Assembly (NCBI GenBank): GCA_918797485.1 | Contig: CAKKNE010000006.1 | Location: forward strand, 2,666,001-2,730,000 | Reading direction: 5' to 3' | Length of the DNA: 64,000 bases | Source: Pelagomonas calceolata | Lineage: Eukaryota | In this document: positions 12,394-23,421 of the stretch, piece after piece | Numbering within the stretch: position 1 is the stretch's first letter | How the letters are laid out: each line of letters starts with the position of its first letter | Made by a program: the position numbers and the translations under genes | The notes under the pieces: generated by a model | What the model was told of the DNA's origin: nothing | The model's database searches: none | What the model saw: the letters and a program-made list of their open reading frames with translations, nothing else

Positions 12394-13449
12394 ATGGCGT
12401 CGTCGTCCTATTTCGACGAGCAGGAGCCGAGTGAACCCTTCCACTGCACGATCTGCATGACCGAGCTCCCGCGCTGGCCCGCCGACGCGTGCATTTTGCA
12501 GCCCTGCGGCCACCACTTCCATTTAGAATGTGCGACGCGCTGGATGGACCGCGAGTCGTCGTGCCCGAACTGTAAACGGGAAGTGACGACCATCGCGAAG
12601 AGTGGAAGGTCTAAGAGGAGGCGGTCGGAGATTGCCGTCGAGCCGAAGAGGCAGTCCGTCGCCGAGCAGGACCTGGAGCTGCCCGACGCGGAGACGCAGC
12701 TCGATTCGATGCCGTCGGAAGGGTACCAGCGGGACGGTTTTGTGGTCGGCGACGATGATATTGAGTTCTACTCGTCGGAGGAGGAGCGGGCGCGCGTGGT
12801 ACGACCTAGAAGAGGCCGCGCGGCGGCGGCGCGGGCCAACGCGTTAATAGAGGAGGAGCAGATGAGAGCCGAGGCGTTGCTGCGGCGGTCGGGCCGGCTC
12901 GGGCGGCTCCGGCGCCACGCGCAGGCTGATTCGCAGCCGCCCAGCGACTCCAGTAGTGATGATGAGGCGGAGATCGCGGTGCCGCTGCCTCCCTTATCAC
13001 GCGGGCGGCTGCGGCGGAACATTCAGCCCGAGTCGCAGTCGCAGGAGCCGGCGGCGCCCGAATCGTCGCCGGACGACGACGACTGGGACGAGTCGCAGGG
13101 CGAGGCTGAGGCGCCGCCGCAGTCGCAGTCGCAGGAGGAGTCGTGGGACGAGGAGGAGGACGAGGCCGCGGCGTCGCCGGCGCCGCGGTCGCCGTCGCCC
13201 GAGCCGTCGCCCGAGCCGTCGCCGTCACCGCCGCCGCGACGACGCCGCCGCGCCAACAACAACGCGCCAGCGCCGTCGCCGCCGACGCAACCCGCGCCTG
13301 TCGACGAGGAGTCGCCGACGCCGTGGATGCGTGTGCGCCGGCCGCCGCGACCACGACGCGCCGTCACGCAGTCGCAGACCCCGGCCTCACCTGCGTCGCC
13401 GAAGCCACGGTTCGGGCAGTACGTCTATGTGCCGAGTCCGGAGGTTTAG
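12394..13449 (+). CDS. RING finger protein with a long acidic/Pro-rich disordered tail
   Basis: CTIC...CGHHFHLEC..W....CPNC RING-H2 pattern. Confidence 0.85.
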   Translation: MASSSYFDEQEPSEPFHCTICMTELPRWPADACILQPCGHHFHLECATRWMDRESSCPNCKREVTTIAKSGRSKRRRSEIAVEPKRQSVAEQDLELPDAETQLDSMPSEGYQRDGFVVGDDDIEFYSSEEERARVVRPRRGRAAAARANALIEEEQMRAEALLRRSGRLGRLRRHAQADSQPPSDSSSDDEAEIAVPLPPLSRGRLRRNIQPESQSQEPAAPESSPDDDDWDESQGEAEAPPQSQSQEESWDEEEDEAAASPAPRSPSPEPSPEPSPSPPPRRRRRANNNAPAPSPPTQPAPVDEESPTPWMRVRRPPRPRRAVTQSQTPASPASPKPRFGQYVYVPSPEV

Positions 13450-13521
13450 TAGTAATACCGTCATGTAGTGCCGAAGCCTCGGTTCGGGCAGTACGTCTAT
13501 GTGCCGCGTCCGGAGAGGTTT
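13398..13521. repeat. Direct repeat of about 50 bp, duplicating the CDS 3' end into the 3' flank
   Basis: gccgaagcc(a/t)cggttcgggcagtacgtctatgtgccg(a/c)gtccgga starts at 13398 and at 13470. Confidence 0.85.
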
Positions 13522-13545
13522 GCTAGTGTCTTACAACGCTAGTTA
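13520..13545 (+). promoter_or_regulatory. CTAG-TGTCTTAC-CTAG motif copy
   Basis: ttgctagtgtcttacaacgctagtta. Confidence 0.55.
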
Positions 13546-13934
13546 TCTGGCTTAGTCGGCCCAACCTGAAATCGCACGCTCCGAGTCGCACAGCTACTTC
13601 AGAACTCGCCACGACCGCCCAGTGTACCCTCAGACCGCACTGACCGGAAGTCGTAATGGCGCGACGCGAATATTCCGCCGGTTTAACGCTCTCTGCAGCG
13701 CCGGGCCGAAAGATGGCACTCGCGGCGACAGCGCGTCCCCGCGAGAGCTGGCCGCCAGCGCGGTCGTCGGCGCGGCCTCGGGGCGGCGCTCGCGCTAACT
13801 ATCGCGCGTGAAAGGCGCATCGCGGGGATTCGCTCGAGTCGACGTTCGCCGCACAGGCACTCACCACACTTGAGCTCACCGTAGAGCTCCTCATTCCCAC
13901 GCTCACCACCACCATCACCACCACCACAACAACA

Positions 13935-14339
13935 ATGTCTCCTTCCAAGCTCCTCATTGCCCTCCTCGCCACTACGACAACGGCCTACCAAGCGGGACCT
14001 GGCGCCGTCTTAAATTACTTTCCTGTCCGCCGCTCCGCGGAGCCCCTGCCGCCCGGCGTCGTCGCACCGCCCAAGGCCCTCCGCGGCCAAGCTCCGCGCA
14101 AGCTCATGCAGGCGACGTCCAGCCCGGGACTCCTCGGCGAGCACGACATGGAGTGCACCGACGCGGGAACGTACGCGTCGATTGTGTGTCATTACTGCAT
14201 CGACGTGCCCAAATTAGTCTGCGAGTCGATCTGCGCGTCGGGCCTCGACCAGACACCTTCCAACTGCAACTGGTCGCCCTGGTGGGCCTGGCACGGCATC
14301 TCGGGGGGCGGCGAGGGCTGGTGCTGCGGCGGCTACTGA
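13935..14339 (+). CDS. Small secreted Cys/Trp-rich protein
   Basis: Signal peptide MSPSKLLIALLATTTTA and a C-terminal domain with 8 Cys. A CAC/CAA microsatellite leader precedes the ATG. Confidence 0.6.
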   Translation: MSPSKLLIALLATTTTAYQAGPGAVLNYFPVRRSAEPLPPGVVAPPKALRGQAPRKLMQATSSPGLLGEHDMECTDAGTYASIVCHYCIDVPKLVCESICASGLDQTPSNCNWSPWWAWHGISGGGEGWCCGGY

Positions 14340-14395
14340 ACACATCCACGCATCCCTCCCCGCGTAAAACAATCCCACAAATAGAATAAGCGGAC

Positions 14396-16813
14396 TTAGT
14401 CGTACGACAGGCGCCGCAGGCAGTTCGCCAGCATGCGCAGCCCGTGCCGCGGGTTCGTCAGGATCGACTCCGGGTGGAACTGGACGGCGGCGATCGGTAG
14501 CGTTTTGTGTTCAACGCCCATGACCACGCTCCCTTCTCCTCCACTTTCTGTGGTCGCCACCACCTCTAGCTCATCAGGCACGTCGACGCCGTGCAGCGAG
14601 TGGTAGCGAGCCACATCAAATTCGTCGGGCAGCCCCTCGAAGACCGTCGAGCCACTCTTCTGTGAAACTTGGGCCGGCTTGCCGTGAACTGGGACATTGA
14701 GCTGGCCCAAGGTACCACCAAAGTGCTCGACGATGCCTTGTAGTCCTAAACAAACCCCAAAGACCGGCGTTCTTGAAGCGCTACATGCATCTAACGTCCC
14801 CGAGACGTCAAAATCAGAAGGACACCCGGGACCCGGCGACAACACGACTAACGCCCAGGGGCCGTCCTCTTTAATTGCGTTGAGAGCCGCAGGCCCACAC
14901 CGCGAGACCTCGACATCAGCACCGGTCTGCCGCAGGTAATTCGCCAAAGTGTGAACAAATGAGTCCTCGTGATCGACCAACAGAACTCGCTTGCCAATTC
15001 CCGCTTCTTCGGGATCAAAGCCCTCCACGACAGGTTCAACTGGAGCAGGACTCTCACCGGCCGCCGTCGATCGCAGCGCGCCGAGCATCGCGCTCGCCTT
15101 GAGCTCGGTTTCTGCTTCCTCCGCTACTGGATCGGAATCGTAGAGCAAAGTGGCACCGGCTCGCACGGACGCGACGCCGTCGGCGTAGTGGATCGTTCTT
15201 AGGGTCAGGCCCGTGTTTAAACTCCCATCAAAGGCGACGTGGCCGACGGCGCCGCCGTACCAGGCTCGCGCGGACCGCTCGTGCTTCTCGATGAAGCGCG
15301 CGGCCCAGGCCTTCGGCGCGCCCGTCACGGTCACGGCCCACGTGTGGCACAGAAAGGCATCTAGCGCGTCGAAGCCCTCCCTCAAATACCCTTCCACATG
15401 ATCGACGGTGTGGATGAGTTTCGAGTACATCTCTATTTGTCTGCGACCAATAACTTTGACCGAGCCAGGAGCGCAAATCCGCGACTTGTCGTTCCTGTCC
15501 ACATCGGTGCACATCGTGAGCTCCGACTCGTCTTTTTTGGAGCCTAGTAACGTGCGGACTTGCACCGCGTCCTCCAACGCATCAGCGCCGCGCTCAATCG
15601 TGCCCGATATCGGACAGGTCTCGACCCTCATTTTACCTTCAATCCTTTCGACGCGCACGAACATCTCCGGGGAGGCGCCGACGAGGTACTCGCCCTTGCC
15701 ATAGCCACTGATCCACGGCACTGACGAGTCGTCTTCGCCCCGTAAGTTCATCAGAAACCCGTAGGGCGACGGGTTGCGCTTTCGCAGTGTTCGGAACACA
15801 GCAGAAGGCTTCGCTTCTGCGGGAACGGACCACTGCTGCGACAGGACCACTTCAAACAAATTCCCACATGCGAATTCTTGCTTCGATCTTTCGGTGAGAG
15901 AAGCGTAGCCCCCCGGCTCGACGTCGCGATCTTGGACAGGCGTGCCCTCCTCATGTTTACGAGTCGTGCCGCTCCGAGCCATATCCACGGTAGACACCGT
16001 CTCTTCCTCCCCGGCCACGCACCACGTAAAGTCGTACTGTATCGTCCAGGCCTGCTGCTCCCGCGTGTCCACCACTAAAATCTCGTCGGGGATAAATAAG
16101 GCCACGTCCCGCTGCTGCTCCTTTCTGGACAGGGAAGGATTAATAGGTTCGAACTGGAACATCAGGTCATATCCGAGGGCGCCATATAACCCCAGCTGCG
16201 GGTCGTCGGGGTGGTAGAGCGTCTGGACGACGTTGCGGACCACAGACATCAGAGAAGGTTCCTTTGATCTTTCTTCTTCCCTCCTTATCTGGGAAGGGTC
16301 GCTGTCACGAATTCTCCCGACTAGTCGCGCGTAGTTGTCCTCCTCCTCGAGGGAAGCCACAGCATCGTCATCTCTCAGGTGCCCCTCGAGCATCTGCAGG
16401 ATTTTTCTCCCTCGATCATTCAATGCTGATAATGCGAAATCGCGAGCTCTGCCAGACAGCAGGACGGGCGGGTCACTAAACCCGACGGTCCACCTCGCAT
16501 ATCTACCAGGAAATTCGTAGGACGAGTGCATCAGCACGCCTCTCCGGTCGTCCAAGGCATCAACTAATGCCTCAGTGGCTCCATGAGCGTCCTCGACCGT
16601 GAACGACTGGCGCGTCACTCCGACGCCGCCCGCGGTCACGTAGGTCCCGTTCGGCGGCTGGAAGCGCGGCGCGCCGAGGCTCAGGACGGACTCCAAGGGG
16701 TTCTTCGGGTACTGGATCGTGCTATATTGTTGAGTGGGGCCTCGCACGTGTTTGGTGGGCGGCGCGAAGCCGACGACGCAGACGCATGCTGCTAGCAGCT
16801 GTGCGGCGCTCAT
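14396..16813 (-). CDS. trpE(G): Fused anthranilate synthase components I and II (TrpE-TrpG), plastid-targeted
   Basis: SSYEFPGRYARW, NPSPY, GASPEMFVRV, ETCPISGT and WYGGAVG, followed by the GATase motifs VDHEDSF, SPGPG, GVCLG and QFHPES. The presequence ends VG-FAP. Confidence 0.93.
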   Translation of the reverse strand: MSAAQLLAACVCVVGFAPPTKHVRGPTQQYSTIQYPKNPLESVLSLGAPRFQPPNGTYVTAGGVGVTRQSFTVEDAHGATEALVDALDDRRGVLMHSSYEFPGRYARWTVGFSDPPVLLSGRARDFALSALNDRGRKILQMLEGHLRDDDAVASLEEEDNYARLVGRIRDSDPSQIRREEERSKEPSLMSVVRNVVQTLYHPDDPQLGLYGALGYDLMFQFEPINPSLSRKEQQRDVALFIPDEILVVDTREQQAWTIQYDFTWCVAGEEETVSTVDMARSGTTRKHEEGTPVQDRDVEPGGYASLTERSKQEFACGNLFEVVLSQQWSVPAEAKPSAVFRTLRKRNPSPYGFLMNLRGEDDSSVPWISGYGKGEYLVGASPEMFVRVERIEGKMRVETCPISGTIERGADALEDAVQVRTLLGSKKDESELTMCTDVDRNDKSRICAPGSVKVIGRRQIEMYSKLIHTVDHVEGYLREGFDALDAFLCHTWAVTVTGAPKAWAARFIEKHERSARAWYGGAVGHVAFDGSLNTGLTLRTIHYADGVASVRAGATLLYDSDPVAEEAETELKASAMLGALRSTAAGESPAPVEPVVEGFDPEEAGIGKRVLLVDHEDSFVHTLANYLRQTGADVEVSRCGPAALNAIKEDGPWALVVLSPGPGCPSDFDVSGTLDACSASRTPVFGVCLGLQGIVEHFGGTLGQLNVPVHGKPAQVSQKSGSTVFEGLPDEFDVARYHSLHGVDVPDELEVVATTESGGEGSVVMGVEHKTLPIAAVQFHPESILTNPRHGLRMLANCLRRLSYD

Positions 16814-17180
16814 CCCTGCAGCACGACGACGACGCGTAGACAGCGAACGTAGGCGCGGCTCTCTGGCGGGCCTTCGCTGGCGAGACGGCGCCAACAGCGG
16901 CGGAGTGCAGTCGCGGCGAGCAGCAATGCAGTCCACGCTGCGGTGCAACCAGCCGACGGTGTTCAGGCCCTGGCTACACCGCTCGCTCGCGCAGCTTGTG
17001 ACGGTGAGAACTGGTCGATTGGCACCTGCAGCGCCCAGCTTCGCTCGCAAGTGCTACGGCAAACACGATTAGCTAGCGTGCAGTAAGGCACTTAGGAACA
17101 AGGCTGCCCACGCGTAAAGCCAAGTAACGCTGCCCAACATCAATAATCATTAAAAAACAATCGCAATGCATCGATAACTC

Positions 17181-18329
17181 ATGGCTGCGGCCCAGCATAA
17201 GCCGGGCGCCGGCACTTCGTGTATCTGCTGCGCGCTGCTGGTCGTGGGCCTGCTCTGCGCGCTCCAAGAACCGCCGCCGCCGCCGACGCCGACACGGTCG
17301 CCGCGGCCGCCACGGCCGCTGCGGACCTTCGACGACGTGAAGCTCGACTCGGTCGAGGAGGTCCATGCGCCGCCTCCCAAGACACCGTTGGAAGCACCGA
17401 CCACGAGCCAAGCGCCGGCGCCGCGCATGACGCGCCGCCCGCCGGGGCTGCCGAACCGCACGAAGGTCGCCTTGCTCCAGCAAGCGCGAAGCAAGCAGAC
17501 GAATGGAGCCGTGACGCTGGTGGTCGCCGGCCAGGCGCACCTCGAGTTACTGATGAATTGGTTAGTGGCCTACGAGCGGCACAGCAGCAACTGGGTCGTC
17601 GGCTGTTTGGATTCAATGATTGCAGAGGTCCTGCGCCAGAAAGGCGTCGACTGCGTTCTGGTACCGAACCAGGGCGGCCCCCTGATGCCCGGTTTGAGGT
17701 TGCGGGAGATGGCGCGCCGCCGGGGAGGTGATATGAGGCCGCGCGCGTCCGTCTGGGAGTCGCGCATGCGCCTGGTCCTCTGTTTGTTGCGGGCGTCCTA
17801 TAATGTTACGATTGCGGACACCGATGCCGTGTTTCTTAGTGATGCGTCGCCGTGGCTCTCAGGATATGATCTGGTCGCGTCGCGGGGCAACTTCCCGGAA
17901 TGGACCGCGGAGCGCTGGGGCGCCTCGTTGTGCCTGGGCCTCGCGCGGTTCAACCCGGGCGCGCACGTCGCAGCCCTGACGAAGCATCTCGTGGAACGGA
18001 CGCAATCCCTTAGAGACGACCAGCGCGCCGTGAACCACGTCCTCCACGAGGCCGACATAGCCTGGGCGCCGGAGACGTCGAACGGAAAGCTGCTCTTCGC
18101 GACGTCAACAACGACGGCGACCGGCGTTACGCGTCTCGTGAAGGTCGGTCTCTTGCCTCACGTGAAGTTTGTTAGAGACTGCTCTCACGGGACGCGCGGC
18201 GCGGTCGTCGTGCACTGCGTCTCGCGTTCTGTGGACGCCAAGCACGACGCGCTGGAAAAGGCGGGCGCGTGGGTTCTGCGCGACGACTGGCGCGACGTCG
18301 CCGATTTGAGGCATATGGGAGTCACGTAG
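17181..18329 (+). CDS. Nucleotide-diphospho-sugar transferase (GT77-like), type II membrane protein
   Basis: N-terminal TM segment and Pro-rich stem, a DTD motif, and DDQRAVN. Confidence 0.7.
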   Translation: MAAAQHKPGAGTSCICCALLVVGLLCALQEPPPPPTPTRSPRPPRPLRTFDDVKLDSVEEVHAPPPKTPLEAPTTSQAPAPRMTRRPPGLPNRTKVALLQQARSKQTNGAVTLVVAGQAHLELLMNWLVAYERHSSNWVVGCLDSMIAEVLRQKGVDCVLVPNQGGPLMPGLRLREMARRRGGDMRPRASVWESRMRLVLCLLRASYNVTIADTDAVFLSDASPWLSGYDLVASRGNFPEWTAERWGASLCLGLARFNPGAHVAALTKHLVERTQSLRDDQRAVNHVLHEADIAWAPETSNGKLLFATSTTTATGVTRLVKVGLLPHVKFVRDCSHGTRGAVVVHCVSRSVDAKHDALEKAGAWVLRDDWRDVADLRHMGVT

Positions 18330-18357
18330 TTATATACTTAGGACATCTCACCACCTC

Positions 18358-21300
18358 CTAGCAGGGAGGGCACTTGAGGTCCGGCCCAATATGGTCGGCC
18401 TTGAGCTTGCCGCACTTGCAGGACCCGAAGACGGCAGCCATGATGTCGATCTTGAAGGTCCCGGCCTCGCCGTCGCCGGGGCCGGCGCGTTTCTTGAACT
18501 TGAGCTTCGTCGCCGGCGCCCTGCGTAGTGAACGTGTGAGGGTGTGTTCGTGGCCCAGACGCCATCGACGCGCCGCGCGTGGAAGGGACAGGACACCGGG
18601 ATCAAACTGGGCCACGACAGGAGCCTGGCGCACGGGCGCCGACGCCGCGACGGGCGCCGGCGTGTTGTCGGTCAGGTCGGACACCTCCGAGCGCACCTCA
18701 GCAGACGCGGGCTCCGGCTCGGGCTGAGGCGCCGGCGCCGCCGCCACGATCGAGTCCGGGTCGCCATCCCAGGCTTCGAATTCGCTGGAAGGCTCCGGCT
18801 CCGGTTCTGGCTCTCTTGCAGAGGGCACGGCCAGCATGCGCGGCACCGGCGGAGGCTTGGGAGGCTTGGGGGCCGGGGCCTCCGGCGCCTCCACATAAGC
18901 CATCAACTGCGGCACTTCCTGGGCCGCCTTCCACTCGTCGGCGACGTCGGCACAATAGACCAATAACTCCGCGTTCGTCTCGCCGGAAGCATGGGCCTGC
19001 TTGTACTCCGTCCACGTCGACGGGCCCCGCTGCTCGCCGTCGGTATGCTGCCAGTAGAACTCGCCCTCCAGTACCTCTTGCGGCACGGTAATGGCCTTCT
19101 TCATGGGCGGCGGCGCGGCCTTCTTCTTCGGAATCGGGGGCGGCGCCTGCACGACAGGCGCCGCGGCCGCGCGCGGCTGCACGACGGGCGCCGCGACGCG
19201 CGCCTGGGGCTTGACCGGCGCCGCGCGCGGCACGGGAACCGGAGCAGTCTGCCGACGCGTCTTCGCCGTCCTTCTAGTGGGTATAATAGCCCCGGCGGCC
19301 CGCGCGCGCGCCTCGCGTTCCGCCTGCTTTCGAGCTTTTTTCTCCCTTAGTAAGCGGCGCCGCTCCTCCTGGCGCGCGGCGTCTCTTTGAGCGTCGCGTT
19401 CTTTCCTCAACTCCCTTTCGGCAGCTCTCCTTCGGTCGCGCTCGGCTCGTCTCGCGTCGGCCCGATCACGGCGCGCCTGGGCCTGTTGATCTGAGACGCC
19501 ATCGGGAGCGTTCAATACGAGTGCATCACCTTCTACCATTGTAGAAGGTGGCATATGCTCGACGCCGCCCGGAGCCCCGAATTTCAACAAAGCCCCAGGC
19601 GTCCGCGACAGTTGCGCAGCTTTCCGGAGAGGCACGTCGTCCCGAGCTACTAAGCGAGTAGAAGAGTTCTCCCTCAGGATGACCCCGGCGAGCTCCGACC
19701 GCCTTTCGCAGTAGAATACAAGGTCTTCAAGAGGATCGGTGGGTTCCAGCCCGTACAAATCATCTCGCACGCGCTCGGGCGTGAACCACCCGTCATCGGG
19801 AAAGGTCTGGCGCTGTTCGCACGCTTCCGCACTGTAGATCTTACCGGACGCTCGACAATGATGTCTTCTCGCCCCAAAGACCCCAAATTTTTTACCGGTC
19901 ACAGGACATTCCTTGACGTCCTTGTTCGCCTCCCAGTGTCCACTTGTAATCAATGCCTTCGTCACGGCCTTCGGTACTTGCGTTATGGGTCCGGTCCCTA
20001 TAACTAGTATGCCGTCGGCCTTGGTCGAGACTAACAAAGCATCTATCTGATCCAGTCGTACGCGTCGCTTCAGCACATAGCGTCGCATGGAAGCCGGACC
20101 CTGGTCCTGCAGGACGTAGAGCCAGTCGCGCGTCACTCCCACCAATCGCTTCTCGAAGACGGCCTCCTTACCTTTCTCACCACCAGACACTAATTGGGCC
20201 ACGGTCTGCTCGTCACTAAAAACAATTCTAGAGGTATCCTTGGCGCGCTTCTTGGCATCTAACAGACCCTTCCTCGCGTCATCGCTTTGTAAGTACTCGC
20301 CCTCGTACGGTCGGTCGACGGAAGACGCCCTTCTACGCTTCCCGATAGCTGAAAACCGTCGAGCGACGTCCCGCGATAACAGAACTGATTCTCTCAAATC
20401 AGTAGATCGCCGACCGGCCTTGGCGATCTTGGCCGCGTACGAAGCGAATTTCTCGTCGCGAACTTTTTCTAGCTGAGCGTAGACCTCGGGCTGCTTGACG
20501 AAGAGCTTGTGGCGGCCGAACTGCGTCTCGCTGCCGTCCGCCAAGCTGCTGAGAACGCCGCCGAGCTTCGAGGCCGCCTTCACGATTTCTCGGGCGCCAT
20601 TTGCATCAGTGCCGGTCCATTCTCGAGGATACGTCGCTCTGCTCAGAGTCTTGAACCTCTCCAGGAAGCGATGATATTCGGTGCGATACGCGAAGCCCGC
20701 CCGTCGCACTCGCACGTTCTCCGGCAGTCCTAGATACTTACATTGGTGCGACACGCGCTCGTCGTCGCAGAACAAAGCTCGCTTCTCGTCGTTCGTTTTC
20801 ACGCACCTCACGTAGTGGGGCTCGCACTGCATCAGGGCCGCCACGAGCTCCGAACACTGGTCCCGGATCTTCCGACCCGCGGTCGGGCCACTCCCGCCCC
20901 TTTTCCCGGGTCTTGACTGCCGCTCGTTTCGCTCCCGCTGGTCCTCGGCGTACAACGCCGTCAGCGAGCTATCGGAAGACGACACGAGGATCTCGAACAA
21001 GTCATTCCGCAGTTCGTCGCGATTCGACTCGGCGAAGCCGTGCGTGTCGTACGAGACGTCCCCCGCATAATGCTGCACGACGAAGCCCGTTTTCGAGGGT
21101 CGGAAATGCCGGTGTTGTTGCTGGGAAGCGGCCACATCAGATCTGAATGTGGCATCAATTTGAGGACCAGGTCTGGAGTGCATGCGCTTGCAGCAGTCGT
21201 CCAGAACAAGTAGGATACCGGGAGGCCGTTTCGCCTCAATGAGTTCACAAACGACTTTGTTGTTGAAGTATTTCACTTCTTTCCACTCGATGCCCTCGCG

Positions 21301-22829
21301 CACGTATTCCTCCTGCTCCGCTTTCAGAGTTAGTGCGATGAAGATCTGCTGCAGTTTTTCGTTGACGAAATTTATGGACAGCTGCTCAAACCCATTACGG
21401 TCGAAAATCTCGAAGCCGTAGATGTCCAGGACGCCGATCGACAGCAGCTCCTCGTCGTCCTCGCCCTGCACGCCTGGATCTAATGCTACATTGACCTGCG
21501 TGCGATCGTGACGACGCCATCGACGCGTTCATAGAGATACGCTGGGCCCGCGCCTGCTCGACGAGCTCGTCAAATAGTTTGGAATAAATGGACTTGACGA
21601 GCGCGTCGCGCGCGAGCGACGCCTGCGTCGGGTTCAGGGGCACCTGGTACGTCTCCGTCTTGCCGCCGGGCGCCATGGTCTCCAGCGTTCGGGACGCTAG
21701 CGCGTCTTTCAGAGCTGTCGGATCGAGGTGGAGCAGGGAGCAGGCCGCCTCGAGCGGCGCGGACTCTCGGATTTGGGAGCCTTCCGCGTCGCCCACCGCT
21801 AGTGGACTGAAAGATAGTAATCCCAGAGCTAAGCAAGCTGCCACTACTCGTAGAGACAGGTCCGCCGTCGCGTCGTCGAGGCCGACGTCGGCCATGGCCT
21901 TGGCGGTGTCGTTAAATTCCTTCTGATCGTCGATGCCTTGTACGGACGTACACGACGCTAATGAGGGATACGCTTCTGCTGAATCTAACAAGCACAACCG
22001 TGACCGTTCATCGGTAGGCGCGCCCTGGACTAATTGATAGAACACGTGGAAATTTCTTTCGCCTTGGCCGGGTTTCACGGTCCGCGACTTCTCGAGCAGG
22101 TAGTTCGTCACGACGCCGCCCTTCGGCGTGCCGAAGCGGTCGAAGAGCAGCTCGAAGTACTTGCCGAAACCTGTGTGGAAATCAACCAGTGTGTCGGGTG
22201 CATTTCTCGGCGATGACGCGGCCGTCCTGGCTCGGTCGAGCGGTGAGGAACCGGCACCGCCACGCCATCGAGCAGGCGTCGCGTCGATTCAGCACGAACA
22301 AAATTTGATTTCCACACAGGTCGAAGCGTGAGGAATTATTATTTCTCAACGTCTTCGCATTGCCAAAGGCCTCGAGCAGCGGGTTCGACTCGAGGAAGAC
22401 CTTCTTGACCCTTTCTACTTCGGCACTGTTACCTTGAGAACAAAGAGCGAAGTAGCCCTGGATGTGCTTCGAGGCCTCCGTCTTGCCGGCGCCGCTCTCG
22501 CCGCTGATGATGACGCACTGGCTGTCCTCTTCTTCCGTCATGGCCCTGAAGGCGGCTTCGGCCACCGCAAACACGTGGGGGGGCACGTCTAGCCTCGACT
22601 GTCTCATGTACCGTTTGGCGTCTTCGGAGGAGTAGATTTGCAGCCACGTGAAGGGATTCGCCGCTACGAGGACGTTGCCTATATAAGTATAGATGCACTC
22701 GGCTTCTAACCGCTCTTTGAGGTTGTCTCTAATTCCTTGCGGCGTTGGTTTGGTGAGTAGCGTCATGTCGTCGAGGCCGGGCCGCTTCTTGTCGAGGCCG
22801 GAGCGCTTCGGCGGGGGGCGGGGCGCCAT
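18358..22829 (-). CDS. Class I myosin with TH1/FYVE-like, coiled-coil, Pro-rich and GYF-2-like tail. Exons 22829-22328, 22170-21554, 21495-18608 and 18520-18358.
   Basis: Motor motifs GESGAGKT, LEAFGNAKT, NNNSSRFGK (after splicing), LDIYGFE and PHYVRC. Introns at 22171-22327 (GC-AG), 21496-21553 (GC-AG) and 18521-18607 all keep phase. Confidence 0.9.
22171..22319. mobile_element. Introner MITE family A, copy 2 (149 bp, internally shorter; GC-AG intron 22171-22327)
   Basis: TIRs CTGTGTGGAAATCAA / TTGATTTCCACACAG. Degenerate TSD gccgaaac / gtcgaagc. Splicing restores the myosin switch-1 motif SSRFGK. Confidence 0.92.
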
Positions 22830-23162
22830 CCTGGTGAGTGGTGCGCGCCTCGCGTCGCGTCGGCGGCGCTTGCTTAGTGTTGCGCGGCACGTCGGCGGCG
22901 TTGCTTAGTGCTGTGCGGCGCTTCGGTGGCGTCGTTTAGCGCTGTGCGTCGCGTCGGCGGCGTTAGCTTAGCGCTGCGCGTGGTGGGCCCCTCAAGGCTC
23001 GTGGAAATAGTTTCACGTGGACTGAAAGGCGAGGAGCGCTGGCTCTGCCAGCAGTAGTTTGCAGCGCAGGCGTGCCGTGTCCACGGCTGGATGCGTACTG
23101 CAGTGTTCGCAACGCAGCTGTACGCCGTGAGGAGACTGCCCGGCGCCGAGTTATGTGAAGAC

Positions 23163-23190
23163 AGCTAGCGCCAGTAAGATACTAGCAAGC
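23163..23190 (-). promoter_or_regulatory. CTAG-TGTCTTAC-CTAG motif copy, upstream of myosin
   Basis: Reverse complement reads gcttgctagtatcttactggcgctagct. Confidence 0.55.
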
Positions 23191-23421
23191 CGGGACGGGG
23201 ACCCGCGTAACTAGCCTGAGCCTGAGCCGCGATAGCCCCCGACACAGTATGCGTTATAAAGACGCGGCACGCGCCCGCCGCCGACGAATCGCGGCGTCTC
23301 CCGCCCAAACTAGTCTCAGCACCGTCACAGAATTACCACGTCGGCGCGTCCAACTCTACACCTCCTTGATGGTAACCGCGCGGGCGACGTCGGAGAGAAC
23401 TACTAGACTTAAGCACGCTCC

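Noticed and set aside
22860..22975. Degenerate repeats (cgtcggcggcgttgcttag) upstream of myosin
   Set aside because: Only 3-4 short imperfect copies; most likely slippage in the leader region.
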